Counted from the stretch's first letter, positions 24,282 to 32,196 are shown. The stretch: 32,280 nt of DNA from an uncultured virus (IMG/VR IMGVR_UViG_3300027971_000002) (IMGVR_UViG_3300027971_000002); one strand, 5' to 3'. Numbers and translations: made by a program. Notes: generated from the sequence alone by a model not told the origin.

Positions 24282-26203
24282 GGTTTTCTCCTATATCCTG
24301 ATTGTCCAGAAGCGCCTCCGCCTCCAGTACTTCCTCTCGTTGAACCTCCTGCAGCACCTGCAGCAGCACCAACAGCATTTATTGCAGCACCTGCCGCAAT
24401 AACTGTTGCAACAACAGCTTTTGTTGATTCTTCACGCTCTTCAGTGGACATGTCCGCACCAATGCTTGCAAATGCTTGTAGTGCCTCACCTGGGTCGCTA
24501 AATATTGCGCCAATTAATTCTGATGGGTTCTCCAGTAAAACTAGAGCCGCAGCTACGTCTGCTGTAATTATAACTTCGTTACCATCTTCATCCTGCCTAA
24601 CCTCGACAGGAGTCTCTTCGGGAAGGTCCTTATACTCAATACCAGCATCTTGAATCTGCTCTTTTGTAAGAGTTTCGCCAGGGGCTACTGATTCAATCAA
24701 AGCTTCAGCAACAAGTTCTTTCTCAGCGGTAGTCAGTTTTCCGTCTTCAGATAAAGCCTCAGATAGGGCCGACACTTCTTCAGCAGTAACTTTTCCATCT
24801 GCGTTTAGGGCTTCCAAAACAGCCTCAGCATCGGCAGCAGAAAGAGTTCCGTCAGATAAAACGTTCTCTACTGCAGCAGTAGCGGCTTCCTCTTCAGTTA
24901 TGGTAACCTCTGGAAATGATTCTTCTATCGGATTTTTTGGCTCTGGCTCTGGTAACACTGGTGGTGTTTCTTCTTCCACAGGTGGTTCGACTTCCAAAGG
25001 AGGCTCCTCGGTTACTACGGGTGGCTCTTCAACTTCTACCGCTGGTGGTAGCTCTTCTGTGGGTTCTGATGGCGTTTCTGTACCAGTGGCAGGGTCGGTA
25101 GATGGCTCTGGACCAGGCTCAGGCGAAGGCTCTGGAGTTGGCTCTGGAACAGGCTCGGGCTCAGGTCCGGGCTCTGGAGAAGGCTCAGGACTTGGTTCAG
25201 GAACAGGCTCGGGAACAGGTTCAGGCTCTGGGGTTGGCTCTGGTGAAGGCTCAGGCTGTGGTGAAGGCTCTGGCTGAGGTTCGGGTGTTGGCTCAGGTGA
25301 CGGAGTTGGATTTGTTGGGGCCGGGTCCACTGGTGGAGTTGTAGGTGTTGGAGTGGGTTGTGGTGTTGGTTCCACTGCTGGTGGGATTGTTGGTGTGGGC
25401 GTTGGCTCAACAGGAACAGGAGTAGGTGATGGAGTTGGTGTGGGTTCTATTGATGGTGTTGGCGTTGGGGTTGGTACTACCGTTGACTGTGTTGGTGTGG
25501 GGCTGGGTGTTGATGAAGGTTCTGGCACATTGGTTGCACTTGGTGAAGAACTTGCGGAAGGAGTAGGCGATGGCGCAGGAGATGGGTCAGGACTTGGGGA
25601 TGGCGAAGGAGACGGCTGAGGTGTTGGACTCGGCTGCACAGAAGGCTCTGGGGAAGGTACAGGAGTTGCAGAAGGCGTTGGAGAAGGTGAAGGCACTGGA
25701 GTTACGGGTGTCGGAGTTGGAGATGGCTCTGGACTCGGCGCGGTCGAAGTTGATGGTTCGGGAGTAGGTGATGGTACAGGTGTTGAAGTTTGTGTTGGGG
25801 ACGGTGTTGCTGTTGCTGTTGGCGTATCTGATGGCGAAGGGGTTGGAGTTGTTGCAGTAGATGTATCAGAAGTTGTAGGTGTTGGGCTTGGTTCAATCGG
25901 TGTTGGCACTACTCCGTTGTAATACAAGACGCTTCCAGTTGCTGTTGTAGACACAAAAGTTTTCCATTGTCCTTGTGTAGCAATAGAACAAAAGAGCGCG
26001 GCAATATTGCCCTTACCTTCAAAAAATTGAGTTGTGTTATTCCAACCAACATTAAATACTTTAGACTCGCCAGCTTCATTAGCACAGGTAACTGAATTTC
26101 CTGCAGGGGTCATCTCTGCGTAGGCTGGGTTTGGGAATAATAAAGGAAAGAAAGCTGCGGATGTTAAAACAGATAGTGCTGCGAATAAGCGCAAGCGTTT
26201 CAT
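24278..26203 (-). CDS. Secreted, membrane-anchored Pro-rich surface protein
   Basis: Signal peptide (AYA-E), small Cys-containing N-domain, long PT/PS then PE repeats, acidic helical domain, C-terminal hydrophobic helix, Gly tail and RRK. Confidence 0.85.
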   Translation of the reverse strand: MKRLRLFAALSVLTSAAFFPLLFPNPAYAEMTPAGNSVTCANEAGESKVFNVGWNNTTQFFEGKGNIAALFCSIATQGQWKTFVSTTATGSVLYYNGVVPTPIEPSPTPTTSDTSTATTPTPSPSDTPTATATPSPTQTSTPVPSPTPEPSTSTAPSPEPSPTPTPVTPVPSPSPTPSATPVPSPEPSVQPSPTPQPSPSPSPSPDPSPAPSPTPSASSSPSATNVPEPSSTPSPTPTQSTVVPTPTPTPSIEPTPTPSPTPVPVEPTPTPTIPPAVEPTPQPTPTPTTPPVDPAPTNPTPSPEPTPEPQPEPSPQPEPSPEPTPEPEPVPEPVPEPSPEPSPEPGPEPEPVPEPTPEPSPEPGPEPSTDPATGTETPSEPTEELPPAVEVEEPPVVTEEPPLEVEPPVEEETPPVLPEPEPKNPIEESFPEVTITEEEAATAAVENVLSDGTLSAADAEAVLEALNADGKVTAEEVSALSEALSEDGKLTTAEKELVAEALIESVAPGETLTKEQIQDAGIEYKDLPEETPVEVRQDEDGNEVIITADVAAALVLLENPSELIGAIFSDPGEALQAFASIGADMSTEEREESTKAVVATVIAAGAAINAVGAAAGAAGGSTRGSTGGGGASGQSGYRRKP

Positions 26204-26219
26204 TATTACATAAATTATA

Positions 26220-26411
26220 CTAAATCAAAGCAGATTCGGGGTCCCAAACAGACAGTGACTTAAGTAAAAGTCCTTCATACTTTTCTTTTGCGTGGTGACC
26301 ACAGAACATTAACTCTCCATTTAAAAATGTAAACACAACTTTTGCTGCAGCACTGCAGGAGTCACAACGGTCATTAAGAGTAAGTGCTTCACGCTCCGTG
26401 GTAGTAATCAT
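26220..26411 (-). CDS. Small Cys/His metal-binding protein of actinobacterial type
   Basis: [14 protein letters not shown]...[18 protein letters not shown]. Confidence 0.75.
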   Translation of the reverse strand: MITTTEREALTLNDRCDSCSAAAKVVFTFLNGELMFCGHHAKEKYEGLLLKSLSVWDPESALI

Positions 26412-26647
26412 TGACTTCCTCCTCCATCTCCTCCGCCGGAATCTCCGCCAGAATCTGCTGCTGCATCAGGGGCTCCACCTTGCGCGTTGCCACCATAACC
26501 ACCGTAAAGTCCGCCGTAACCAAATCCGTATCCACCATATCCGTACCCTACATGAGAATAACTAGGTACACCAGTGCGACTGTTTATGTGAATATCTTGA
26601 AACTGAGCGTGAGTATGGTGGCGATGGTGTTTATGCTTTTTACTCAC
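26408..26647 (-). CDS. Low-complexity His-rich and Gly/Tyr-rich protein
   Basis: KKHKHHRHHTH, GYGYGGYGFGYGG and a Gly/Asp tail; 4-nt overlaps with both neighbours. Confidence 0.65.
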   Translation of the reverse strand: MSKKHKHHRHHTHAQFQDIHINSRTGVPSYSHVGYGYGGYGFGYGGLYGGYGGNAQGGAPDAAADSGGDSGGGDGGGSQ

Positions 26648-26838
26648 TTTTTTCCTCGCTTTCCATAAGCGTAGCCGCCCTGTGCGTAATACTCTTCAGT
26701 AGACATTGTTCTAGCAAGTTGGTAGCGACGCCTTAAATGAACAGTATCGTCAGGGTACTCGTGTTCCCATTTCTGGGCTTTTGGCTTTTCATCACCCAAA
26801 GTTCTGTACTCATCAAACTGGTCAGAGTCTGGGTTCAC
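26644..26838 (-). CDS. Hypothetical protein beginning MNPDSDQF
   Basis: GTGA overlaps with both neighbours. Confidence 0.65.
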   Translation of the reverse strand: MNPDSDQFDEYRTLGDEKPKAQKWEHEYPDDTVHLRRRYQLARTMSTEEYYAQGGYAYGKRGKK

Positions 26839-27131
26839 TTCTCGTTTTCTTTCTTTCCTGCGCGACGCTTGTTTTCTTTAGCAGTGTTCTTACTACGAGA
26901 AATAGCGCGAAGGTTTCCCTTTGAATCATTGTTATGGTTATTGTCTTTGTGGTCCACAGTAGTGTCCTTAGACTTAATCTTGCCGTTCTTAGACTCGTAG
27001 TCGGCACGAGCTTTATTCTTAGAGGTAGTGTGCCACTTACCATCTTTACCTTTGGTTTTGTAAACGTAAATAGGGCGTCCGCCATTAGCATCAGAACCTT
27101 TATAAGGTCCAAACTTTTTTGTCTCAGCCAT
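26835..27131 (-). CDS. HNH-like protein (start revised to MAETKK)
   Basis: TVDHKDNNHNNDSKGNLRAISRSKN; GGAGGA RBS. Confidence 0.7.
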   Translation of the reverse strand: MAETKKFGPYKGSDANGGRPIYVYKTKGKDGKWHTTSKNKARADYESKNGKIKSKDTTVDHKDNNHNNDSKGNLRAISRSKNTAKENKRRAGKKENEK

Positions 27132-27351
27132 TATTGTCCTCCTCATGGTGCTCTTTGTGTGCTGCTGCAGCCGATTGACGATTAGGAAATACTTGGTCTT
27201 CTACAGTAGATGATGTTCTAGTTTTCTTATCAAATTTTTGATATTTGTACTTTCCAGACCAATTACAACCTTCACCTTGACACTCAGCAATAACCCCGCC
27301 GTTAGTGCGCTCAGTGTAAAGCTTATGGCCTTTTGGCACTAACAATCCCAC
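27124..27351 (-). CDS. Hypothetical protein, possibly Zn-binding
   Basis: CQGEGCNW...AAAHKEHH. Confidence 0.6.
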   Translation of the reverse strand: MGLLVPKGHKLYTERTNGGVIAECQGEGCNWSGKYKYQKFDKKTRTSSTVEDQVFPNRQSAAAAHKEHHEEDNNG

Positions 27352-27602
27352 TTTCTACGCGCTTTGTTCAAACGACTGTTTGGGTCTTTAGCTGCTTTAG
27401 GAAAATCTTTTGCTTGTCCAGCAGAACGTGCACAGTAAGACTTACGACGTGCAGCAGACTTAGGAGACTTCTTTGCCTGCTCTTTACTTACAGGAGGCTT
27501 TAGGTTGTGGCCTTCTTTTTTGGCAGAAGCACGACCTTTTGCGTTCAGTCCACCTTCAGAGTTCTGGCCTTCTTTTCGTGTCCACGCTGGTGATTTAGCC
27601 AT
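27339..27602 (-). CDS. Basic conserved phage protein (DUF6321-like; start revised to MAKSPAW)
   Basis: AWTRKEGQNSEGGLNAKGRAS...RRKSYCAR...DPNSRLNKARRKWDC. Confidence 0.7.
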   Translation of the reverse strand: MAKSPAWTRKEGQNSEGGLNAKGRASAKKEGHNLKPPVSKEQAKKSPKSAARRKSYCARSAGQAKDFPKAAKDPNSRLNKARRKWDC

Positions 27603-27783
27603 TTTTCTTATGCCAATCTTTAGTAGCTTTAACTCCTTGAGCAATTGTCTTAGAGCCTGCTTTTTTTGTTAAATTAATTTTATCGTATTTTCCTTTATTT
27701 CCAGCGTGGTCAACGATAACTTCGCCTTTTTTATTCTTCTTAATGGTGTGCTTTTCACCAGAAACTTTAATAGTTTTAGCCAT
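27595..27783 (-). CDS. Small Lys-rich hypothetical protein
   Basis: 62-aa ORF in a tightly packed operon. Confidence 0.7.
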   Translation of the reverse strand: MAKTIKVSGEKHTIKKNKKGEVIVDHAGNKGKYDKINLTKKAGSKTIAQGVKATKDWHKKNG

Positions 27784-27785
27784 TA

Positions 27786-28070
27786 TTAGCTCTCACTAAT
27801 ACTTGTCATCGCTCCTGGATTAGAAGTCGCGGTAGGAGTTGACCTTGGATTTGTTTGGGGCATAGCTCCTGCAATGTTTGACGCGGTGTTCATACCACGC
27901 ATAAAGGAGGCTCCGCGGCTACTAGCGGTGCTTGCAGGGTTTACTGCAGCCTTTGTTACTCCAGAGGCAGCAGCACGTGCTGCTCCGCCTTCTACAGCAC
28001 TAGCTGCGCCTGCTCGTAGAGCTGCGCTTCCAGCAATGCGTGCAACCGCACCAATAATCAGAGGAATCAT
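27786..28070 (-). CDS. Ala/Gly-rich hypothetical protein
   Basis: AAGGAG RBS; hydrophobic N-terminus MIPLIIGAVARIAG. Confidence 0.7.
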   Translation of the reverse strand: MIPLIIGAVARIAGSAALRAGAASAVEGGAARAAASGVTKAAVNPASTASSRGASFMRGMNTASNIAGAMPQTNPRSTPTATSNPGAMTSISES

Positions 28071-28279
28071 TAGCGTTCTCCTTTGTTTCTCTTTGACTTG
28101 TTAAGCACATCAGATGCGTTAGGTGAAACAGAATACTGTCCATATGATGGTCGTGGCCCACTAAACTGTCCTACATTTGTCATACGAAATTCTTTCAAAC
28201 GGGCCGACTCTGTACGTACACCGTCTTTGCCTAAAGCATTTTCTGCGCGAGTAGGTCCAAGTGCTGGGTCTTTAATCAT
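28070..28279 (-). CDS. Hypothetical protein
   Basis: 69-aa ORF coupled to neighbours. Confidence 0.65.
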   Translation of the reverse strand: MIKDPALGPTRAENALGKDGVRTESARLKEFRMTNVGQFSGPRPSYGQYSVSPNASDVLNKSKRNKGER

Positions 28280-28511
28280 AGATTTTATCTTCTGGTTCGG
28301 TATCTTTAGCGCCAGTAATTTTATTTGCTAGCGGTGTTCCTTTTGGACGGCGACGGTCAGAAGGTCCTGGGTTTGCAGATGCACATTCTTCAGGTGTGCT
28401 GTGGAAGACATTGCTTCCTCTTGCACCTCTAGTCTTTACTTTGTTTACTTTTCCTGCAATTGGTTTTCCGCAGGAATCACAACTTGGAAACTGTCCTTTA
28501 TCTGGATTCAT
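28272..28511 (-). CDS. Small Zn-binding protein beginning MNPDKGQF
   Basis: CDSCGKPI...FH....C; ATGA overlap. Confidence 0.7.
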   Translation of the reverse strand: MNPDKGQFPSCDSCGKPIAGKVNKVKTRGARGSNVFHSTPEECASANPGPSDRRRPKGTPLANKITGAKDTEPEDKIYD

Positions 28512-28846
28512 TTTCTGAGCGGTCCTCTTGCTGCTGGTCCTTCAGAGTTTGATTCAGCAACAGCCATTCCTTCATGACCTACGTTAGCTTCTGCGTAATC
28601 AAACTGCGGAGTACGCTTATTAGGGATAGCCGCACCTAATGGTGGCTCTTGCATGATTGCTTCAACAGATTGAGAATCTCCCCGACTAAGTCCGCGGGAA
28701 AACTCTTTAGCACGACTAGCGGCCCACTCTTGGTCGGCTGATTCTGCTTGTTCTTTAGTAATACCTTTACCGTGCTTTTCAAGCATGTACTTGACAGCAT
28801 CTGGGTGGTAGTTGTTATTAAGCTCAGTCTCTTTATTTCTTGACAT
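28508..28846 (-). CDS. Hypothetical protein
   Basis: 112-aa ORF with TAATG coupling. Confidence 0.7.
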   Translation of the reverse strand: MSRNKETELNNNYHPDAVKYMLEKHGKGITKEQAESADQEWAASRAKEFSRGLSRGDSQSVEAIMQEPPLGAAIPNKRTPQFDYAEANVGHEGMAVAESNSEGPAARGPLRK

Positions 28847-29142
28847 TATTCAGTCAATCCTAAGAAACGCGAAGCTTTTGCAATGCTGTTATGAAATGTC
28901 TGTAGACGGCTTCCTGAATCCTCTTGAGCGGTAGCAGGAGCGCTCTTTGCATCCATACGACGGTCCACTTCTTTGTGAAGAGTCTTAGGGTCATAGGAAA
29001 CGGCAAAATCAACAGGGTCTGTAGAGTTAACTATCTTTGAGCGTTCTTCTCGCCACGCTTTACCGGGGAATGAGACCACTGTTCTATCTGCTGCTGGTCG
29101 TTTTACAATTCCCTTAGCAATAGGTCCAAACTTCTCAGCCAT
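28846..29142 (-). CDS. Hypothetical protein
   Basis: 98-aa ORF, AAGGA RBS, TAATG coupling. Confidence 0.7.
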   Translation of the reverse strand: MAEKFGPIAKGIVKRPAADRTVVSFPGKAWREERSKIVNSTDPVDFAVSYDPKTLHKEVDRRMDAKSAPATAQEDSGSRLQTFHNSIAKASRFLGLTE

Positions 29143-29870
29143 TAGGTATCCTTTAGTGGTCGAGGTTGAATGTAACCTTCGCGGGCGGCAGTTCCTGTTG
29201 CATCACGATGCAGACGGTCTTCCATGCCAATACCTACGTGAGCTGGGTGAATATCAAACTCAAAGACACCAGAACGTGGATGCCAAGTCATGCTACTTGT
29301 ATTACCTTCGTGTGTTTGTTCAACACGATGGCGTCCGCCTCCTGCTTTACCAACTTTAGTTTTTGTAACTTTTGTACTTACTGCAGCATCAGTTGTTCGT
29401 ACAGCTCCGCCTCTTACTTTTCCACCCTTAGTTAAGCAAGATGCACCTGTGCACTGAACCATAACTGCTTGTCTTGACTCAGCACGACGCTTTGTCTCTG
29501 GCACATGCTCTGTTGGAACAATTTCACCTTTACCTGGGCCAATTGATTTTGAGCAGTGCAAACACTTTCCTGGATAACGATTAACAGGAACACCAGCTGC
29601 ACGTGCACCCTTAGCAGTAGCAAAATCAATAGTGGTGCCGTACTCTTCTAAATCACGAGATGGGTCGTAACCTTCTCCGTTTGGACCAGTAATGCGACCA
29701 ATGCGTGAACCACTTTGCAATGCAGCATCAATTGCTGATGCGCGACGAGGAGCCATAGACTCTGGCATGTCTGGGTCATCAGAGTGGTCAATTGGTTGAC
29801 GCGTAGGTGGCTTTGGCTTACGCGTAGGAGCAGCAGCCTTACGTGTAGGTTTTCTAGGTGCTCTTGGCAT
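29142..29870 (-). CDS. Hypothetical protein with basic N-terminus, Zn ribbon and degenerate GNAT-like C-terminus
   Basis: NRYPGKCLHC...CTGASC; FDIHPAHVGIGMEDRL resembles GNAT motif A; GGGAG RBS. Confidence 0.65.
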   Translation of the reverse strand: MPRAPRKPTRKAAAPTRKPKPPTRQPIDHSDDPDMPESMAPRRASAIDAALQSGSRIGRITGPNGEGYDPSRDLEEYGTTIDFATAKGARAAGVPVNRYPGKCLHCSKSIGPGKGEIVPTEHVPETKRRAESRQAVMVQCTGASCLTKGGKVRGGAVRTTDAAVSTKVTKTKVGKAGGGRHRVEQTHEGNTSSMTWHPRSGVFEFDIHPAHVGIGMEDRLHRDATGTAAREGYIQPRPLKDT

Positions 29871-29884
29871 TCTTCTATTCTCCC

Positions 29885-30118
29885 TTATAAACCTTTGTAA
29901 TTCTCACTTAAATCAGCGTATTCTTTCACCGCAATAGCCATCGCTGCTTGAACCTCTAGATACAACTTAGGATGGCGTTCAAGTAGATGTTGGAGTATCC
30001 CCCGGATACTTCTCACATTTGCTAAACATCCATTATTCATATCTAACATAATCAAACGCGCACAATTGCCAACGCTGTCGGAGCGGTCATCTTGCTCAGT
30101 GAGCCACGATACAAACAT
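29885..30118 (-). CDS. Small helical protein, possibly YozE-like (start revised to MFVSWL)
   Basis: F..WL..Q.DR.D.VG..AR.I..D pattern. Confidence 0.55.
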   Translation of the reverse strand: MFVSWLTEQDDRSDSVGNCARLIMLDMNNGCLANVRSIRGILQHLLERHPKLYLEVQAAMAIAVKEYADLSENYKGL

Positions 30119-30131
30119 GGCTATATGGTAG

Positions 30132-30713
30132 TTAGAAACCTCTTCCGTGACACTCCATAACCAATTCAATTGAAGACTTACCTCGGGAGAAGTGAGCAGC
30201 AATCTTAGGTGCCATCCCGTCAATAAGTATCTGATGCATCCCAAGGCGCTTGATGCGTTTCTTCAAGATAGCACCATCTTTGTTCTCCTCGGCAATCATT
30301 CCCATGTACAGAATGGTCCAAACGACACAAGCCTCAAAGTCATCCTTATAGTTCCACGACATCTCTTTAATCATCTCAACAACTGGCTTTGTAGCTGGGT
30401 AGGTAGCATCTGTCGTAGTTGCGTCGTAGATACGCACAAAATCAGCATAGATAGCCTCAGGGGCACGCAAAGCCGTCCAGCCTTTCACAATGCCAAAATA
30501 CCACTCGTCCGTTGGAAACTTCATCCACTTGTCCTTAAAGCCAAGTACATAGATGCACCAGTCATCAAAGCTTCCTGTGCCAAAATACAACCTGACCTTG
30601 TCGTCATCTGATGTAAAGGTAGCAACGTGTTGTTTGAGTGGAGCCGTCTTGCTTGGCCCAAAATTCTTTTCAATTTGAGCAAGCGCGGTATCTAATGCTT
30701 CTTGTCGATTCAT
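30132..30713 (-). CDS. Hypothetical protein with a RecA-like N-terminal helix fused to a conserved uncharacterised domain
   Basis: N-terminus MNRQEALDTALAQIEKNFG; body with G.FDDWCIY, GMIAEENK..AILKKRIKRLGMHQIL; no Walker motifs. Confidence 0.75.
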   Translation of the reverse strand: MNRQEALDTALAQIEKNFGPSKTAPLKQHVATFTSDDDKVRLYFGTGSFDDWCIYVLGFKDKWMKFPTDEWYFGIVKGWTALRAPEAIYADFVRIYDATTTDATYPATKPVVEMIKEMSWNYKDDFEACVVWTILYMGMIAEENKDGAILKKRIKRLGMHQILIDGMAPKIAAHFSRGKSSIELVMECHGRGF

Positions 30714-30835
30714 TTACAAAGCGTAACACTTAGGCTACTGACTGCAATTTCTGCAACCCCTCAAAAAAATTTCATACCCCCTCGGCTACTGTGCTGAATA
30801 TGCGGTGTCACCTACCCCCGTTGCCTGGCCTCGGC

Positions 30836-30851
30836 TGTGAGATTGGTCACA
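30836..30851. promoter_or_regulatory. Crp/GlxR-type binding site
   Basis: TGTGA-GATTGG-TCACA, perfect consensus. Confidence 0.7.
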
Positions 30852-30870
30852 CTTAAGGGTGGGGGTCTGC

Positions 30871-30886
30871 TGTGAGTCGCGTCACA
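30871..30886. promoter_or_regulatory. Crp/GlxR-type binding site
   Basis: TGTGA-GTCGCG-TCACA, perfect consensus. Confidence 0.7.
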
Positions 30887-30892
30887 TTACGG

Positions 30893-30930
30893 CGAGTGGT
30901 CTAGGTTTGCTCCCCGAGTGGTTGTACCTT
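30893..30930 (+). promoter_or_regulatory. Early-type promoter, copy 1
   Basis: CGAGTGGTCTAGGTTTGC-N14-TACCTT; the 18-mer recurs at 31567. Confidence 0.7.
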
Positions 30931-30975
30931 TGTCTTATTGGTAATCGTTACCAATACCTAACAAGGGGGCTAACC

Positions 30976-31410
30976 ATGAACGACCTAACACCAGCAACAC
31001 CAACCGAGCCAACACTGGCCGAGCAATACGACCACTGGGCACCAGTAGTCCTCGAACTCAAGGGCGAGTTCGTAAGCAAGACAGCCAGTGACATCGAGTA
31101 CACATACAAGCGTGCCGATACCTATCGCTCAATCTCTGACACCATGACCACCAACATCGAGTCGGTCAAGGAATACCTCATCGAGAACTACGATGACCTC
31201 GGTCATCATGCCGATGAACTCGCCACACTCCTCGACATTGAACTCGAGCGTGAGGTCACTTACTCCATCTCAATGTCTGCCACGGTCACCGTCACCGTCA
31301 AGATGGGTGAGGACGCCGAGGACCTCATCACCGAGAACCTGTACATTGACTCCAGTGACAGCAACATCAACATTGATGACTACAATGTGGATACCGTATA
31401 CGAGGCTTAG
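30976..31410 (+). CDS. Acidic hypothetical early protein (start revised to MNDLTP)
   Basis: AAGGGGG RBS before the ATG at 30976; strongly C-ending codons; the track's GTG extension overlaps the promoter. Confidence 0.8.
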   Translation: MNDLTPATPTEPTLAEQYDHWAPVVLELKGEFVSKTASDIEYTYKRADTYRSISDTMTTNIESVKEYLIENYDDLGHHADELATLLDIELEREVTYSISMSATVTVTVKMGEDAEDLITENLYIDSSDSNINIDDYNVDTVYEA

Positions 31411-31425
31411 TTAGCCCTAAGAAGT

Positions 31426-31460
31426 ACGAGCCCCCACTCCCGTCAGGGTGGGGGCTTCGT
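31426..31460 (+). terminator. GC-rich hairpin ending cassette 1
   Basis: AGCCCCCAC...GTGGGGGCT stem; weak U-tract. Confidence 0.65.
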
Positions 31461-31548
31461 GCTGTCCGCGTTTGCGGTCCGCGAATTGTTTGTGTTGGCC
31501 CACCCGCCCCGTTTATATATAAGGGAGTATAAGGGAGGGAGAGAGTTG

Positions 31549-31564
31549 TGTGATGCGTATCACA
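31549..31564. promoter_or_regulatory. Crp/GlxR-type binding site
   Basis: TGTGA-TGCGTA-TCACA, perfect consensus. Confidence 0.7.
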
Positions 31565-31566
31565 TT

Positions 31567-31604
31567 CGAGTGGTCTAGGTTTGCCCCCCAAGCGGGTCTA
31601 ATGT
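31567..31604 (+). promoter_or_regulatory. Early-type promoter, copy 2
   Basis: CGAGTGGTCTAGGTTTGC-N14-TAATGT. Confidence 0.7.
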
Positions 31605-31646
31605 TCTACCTATCAGCAACCGCTGATACTGACAAAGGGGCAGAAA

Positions 31647-31838
31647 ATGACACGTAAAGATTACGTAGCAATTGCTGAGGCTATCGCCTCAGTTCGTGAA
31701 CACTCATACCTTTCAGGTATGCCTCAATTCCAAGCAGGAATTGACCAAGTAACTGGAGCAATCGCTCAGGCTCTAGCCAATGACAATCCACGCTTTGACC
31801 ACGGAAGATTTCTAACCGCAACAATGGGGGGCAAATAA
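31647..31838 (+). CDS. Small conserved phage protein
   Basis: MTRKDYVAIA...LANDNPRFD..RF..A; AAAGGGG RBS. Confidence 0.8.
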   Translation: MTRKDYVAIAEAIASVREHSYLSGMPQFQAGIDQVTGAIAQALANDNPRFDHGRFLTATMGGK

Positions 31839-32062
31839 TGACTCAGGAACTTATTGAGATTCGTCTTAGCGAACCGCAAATCTTTGTACTTCGCCAAATG
31901 TTGGAGTTGGAACTCAACTCAAACTTGAGAATGTCTCGCCACGAGACAGCCTTACAAGCCTTCAAGCGATTGACAGGCTATGACCCAGGAAGGGGAAAGA
32001 AAGGACGCCAGGAAGCACTGGCAGTCCTAGCCAAATTCGAGATAGGGGAAGACGATGAGTAA
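31838..32062 (+). CDS. Hypothetical protein
   Basis: TAATG coupling with the upstream gene; GGGGG RBS. Confidence 0.75.
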   Translation: MTQELIEIRLSEPQIFVLRQMLELELNSNLRMSRHETALQAFKRLTGYDPGRGKKGRQEALAVLAKFEIGEDDE

Positions 32063-32189
32063 TGTATGGTCAAGTTCGGTCACCTCAGAAATGACCAAAG
32101 GAATGACTGGCGATGAAATTGAAATCCTAATCGCCGATTTAGATGACGCGGTTATGGGAGTCTGTCAGGACCACGGCATAGAAGGATAA
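32055..32189 (+). CDS. Small acidic protein (44 aa, not in ORF track)
   Basis: MSNVWSSSVTSEMTKGMTGDEIEILIADLDDAVMGVCQDHGIEG; AGGGG RBS; ends just before a terminator. Confidence 0.7.
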   Translation: MSNVWSSSVTSEMTKGMTGDEIEILIADLDDAVMGVCQDHGIEG

Positions 32190-32196
32190 TTCCCGG

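Noticed and set aside
24900..25896. Gly/Ser-, Gly/Val- and Gln/His-rich ORFs in other frames
   Set aside because: Alternative-frame readings of the Pro-rich repeat gene.
26835..27131. HNH gene as a mobile intron or homing element
   Set aside because: It does not interrupt a gene, is translationally coupled to its neighbours, and no intron structure is visible.
30132..30713. Annotation as recA or a recA pseudogene
   Set aside because: Similarity is limited to about the first 20-26 aa; there are no Walker A/B motifs and the rest is an intact unrelated domain.
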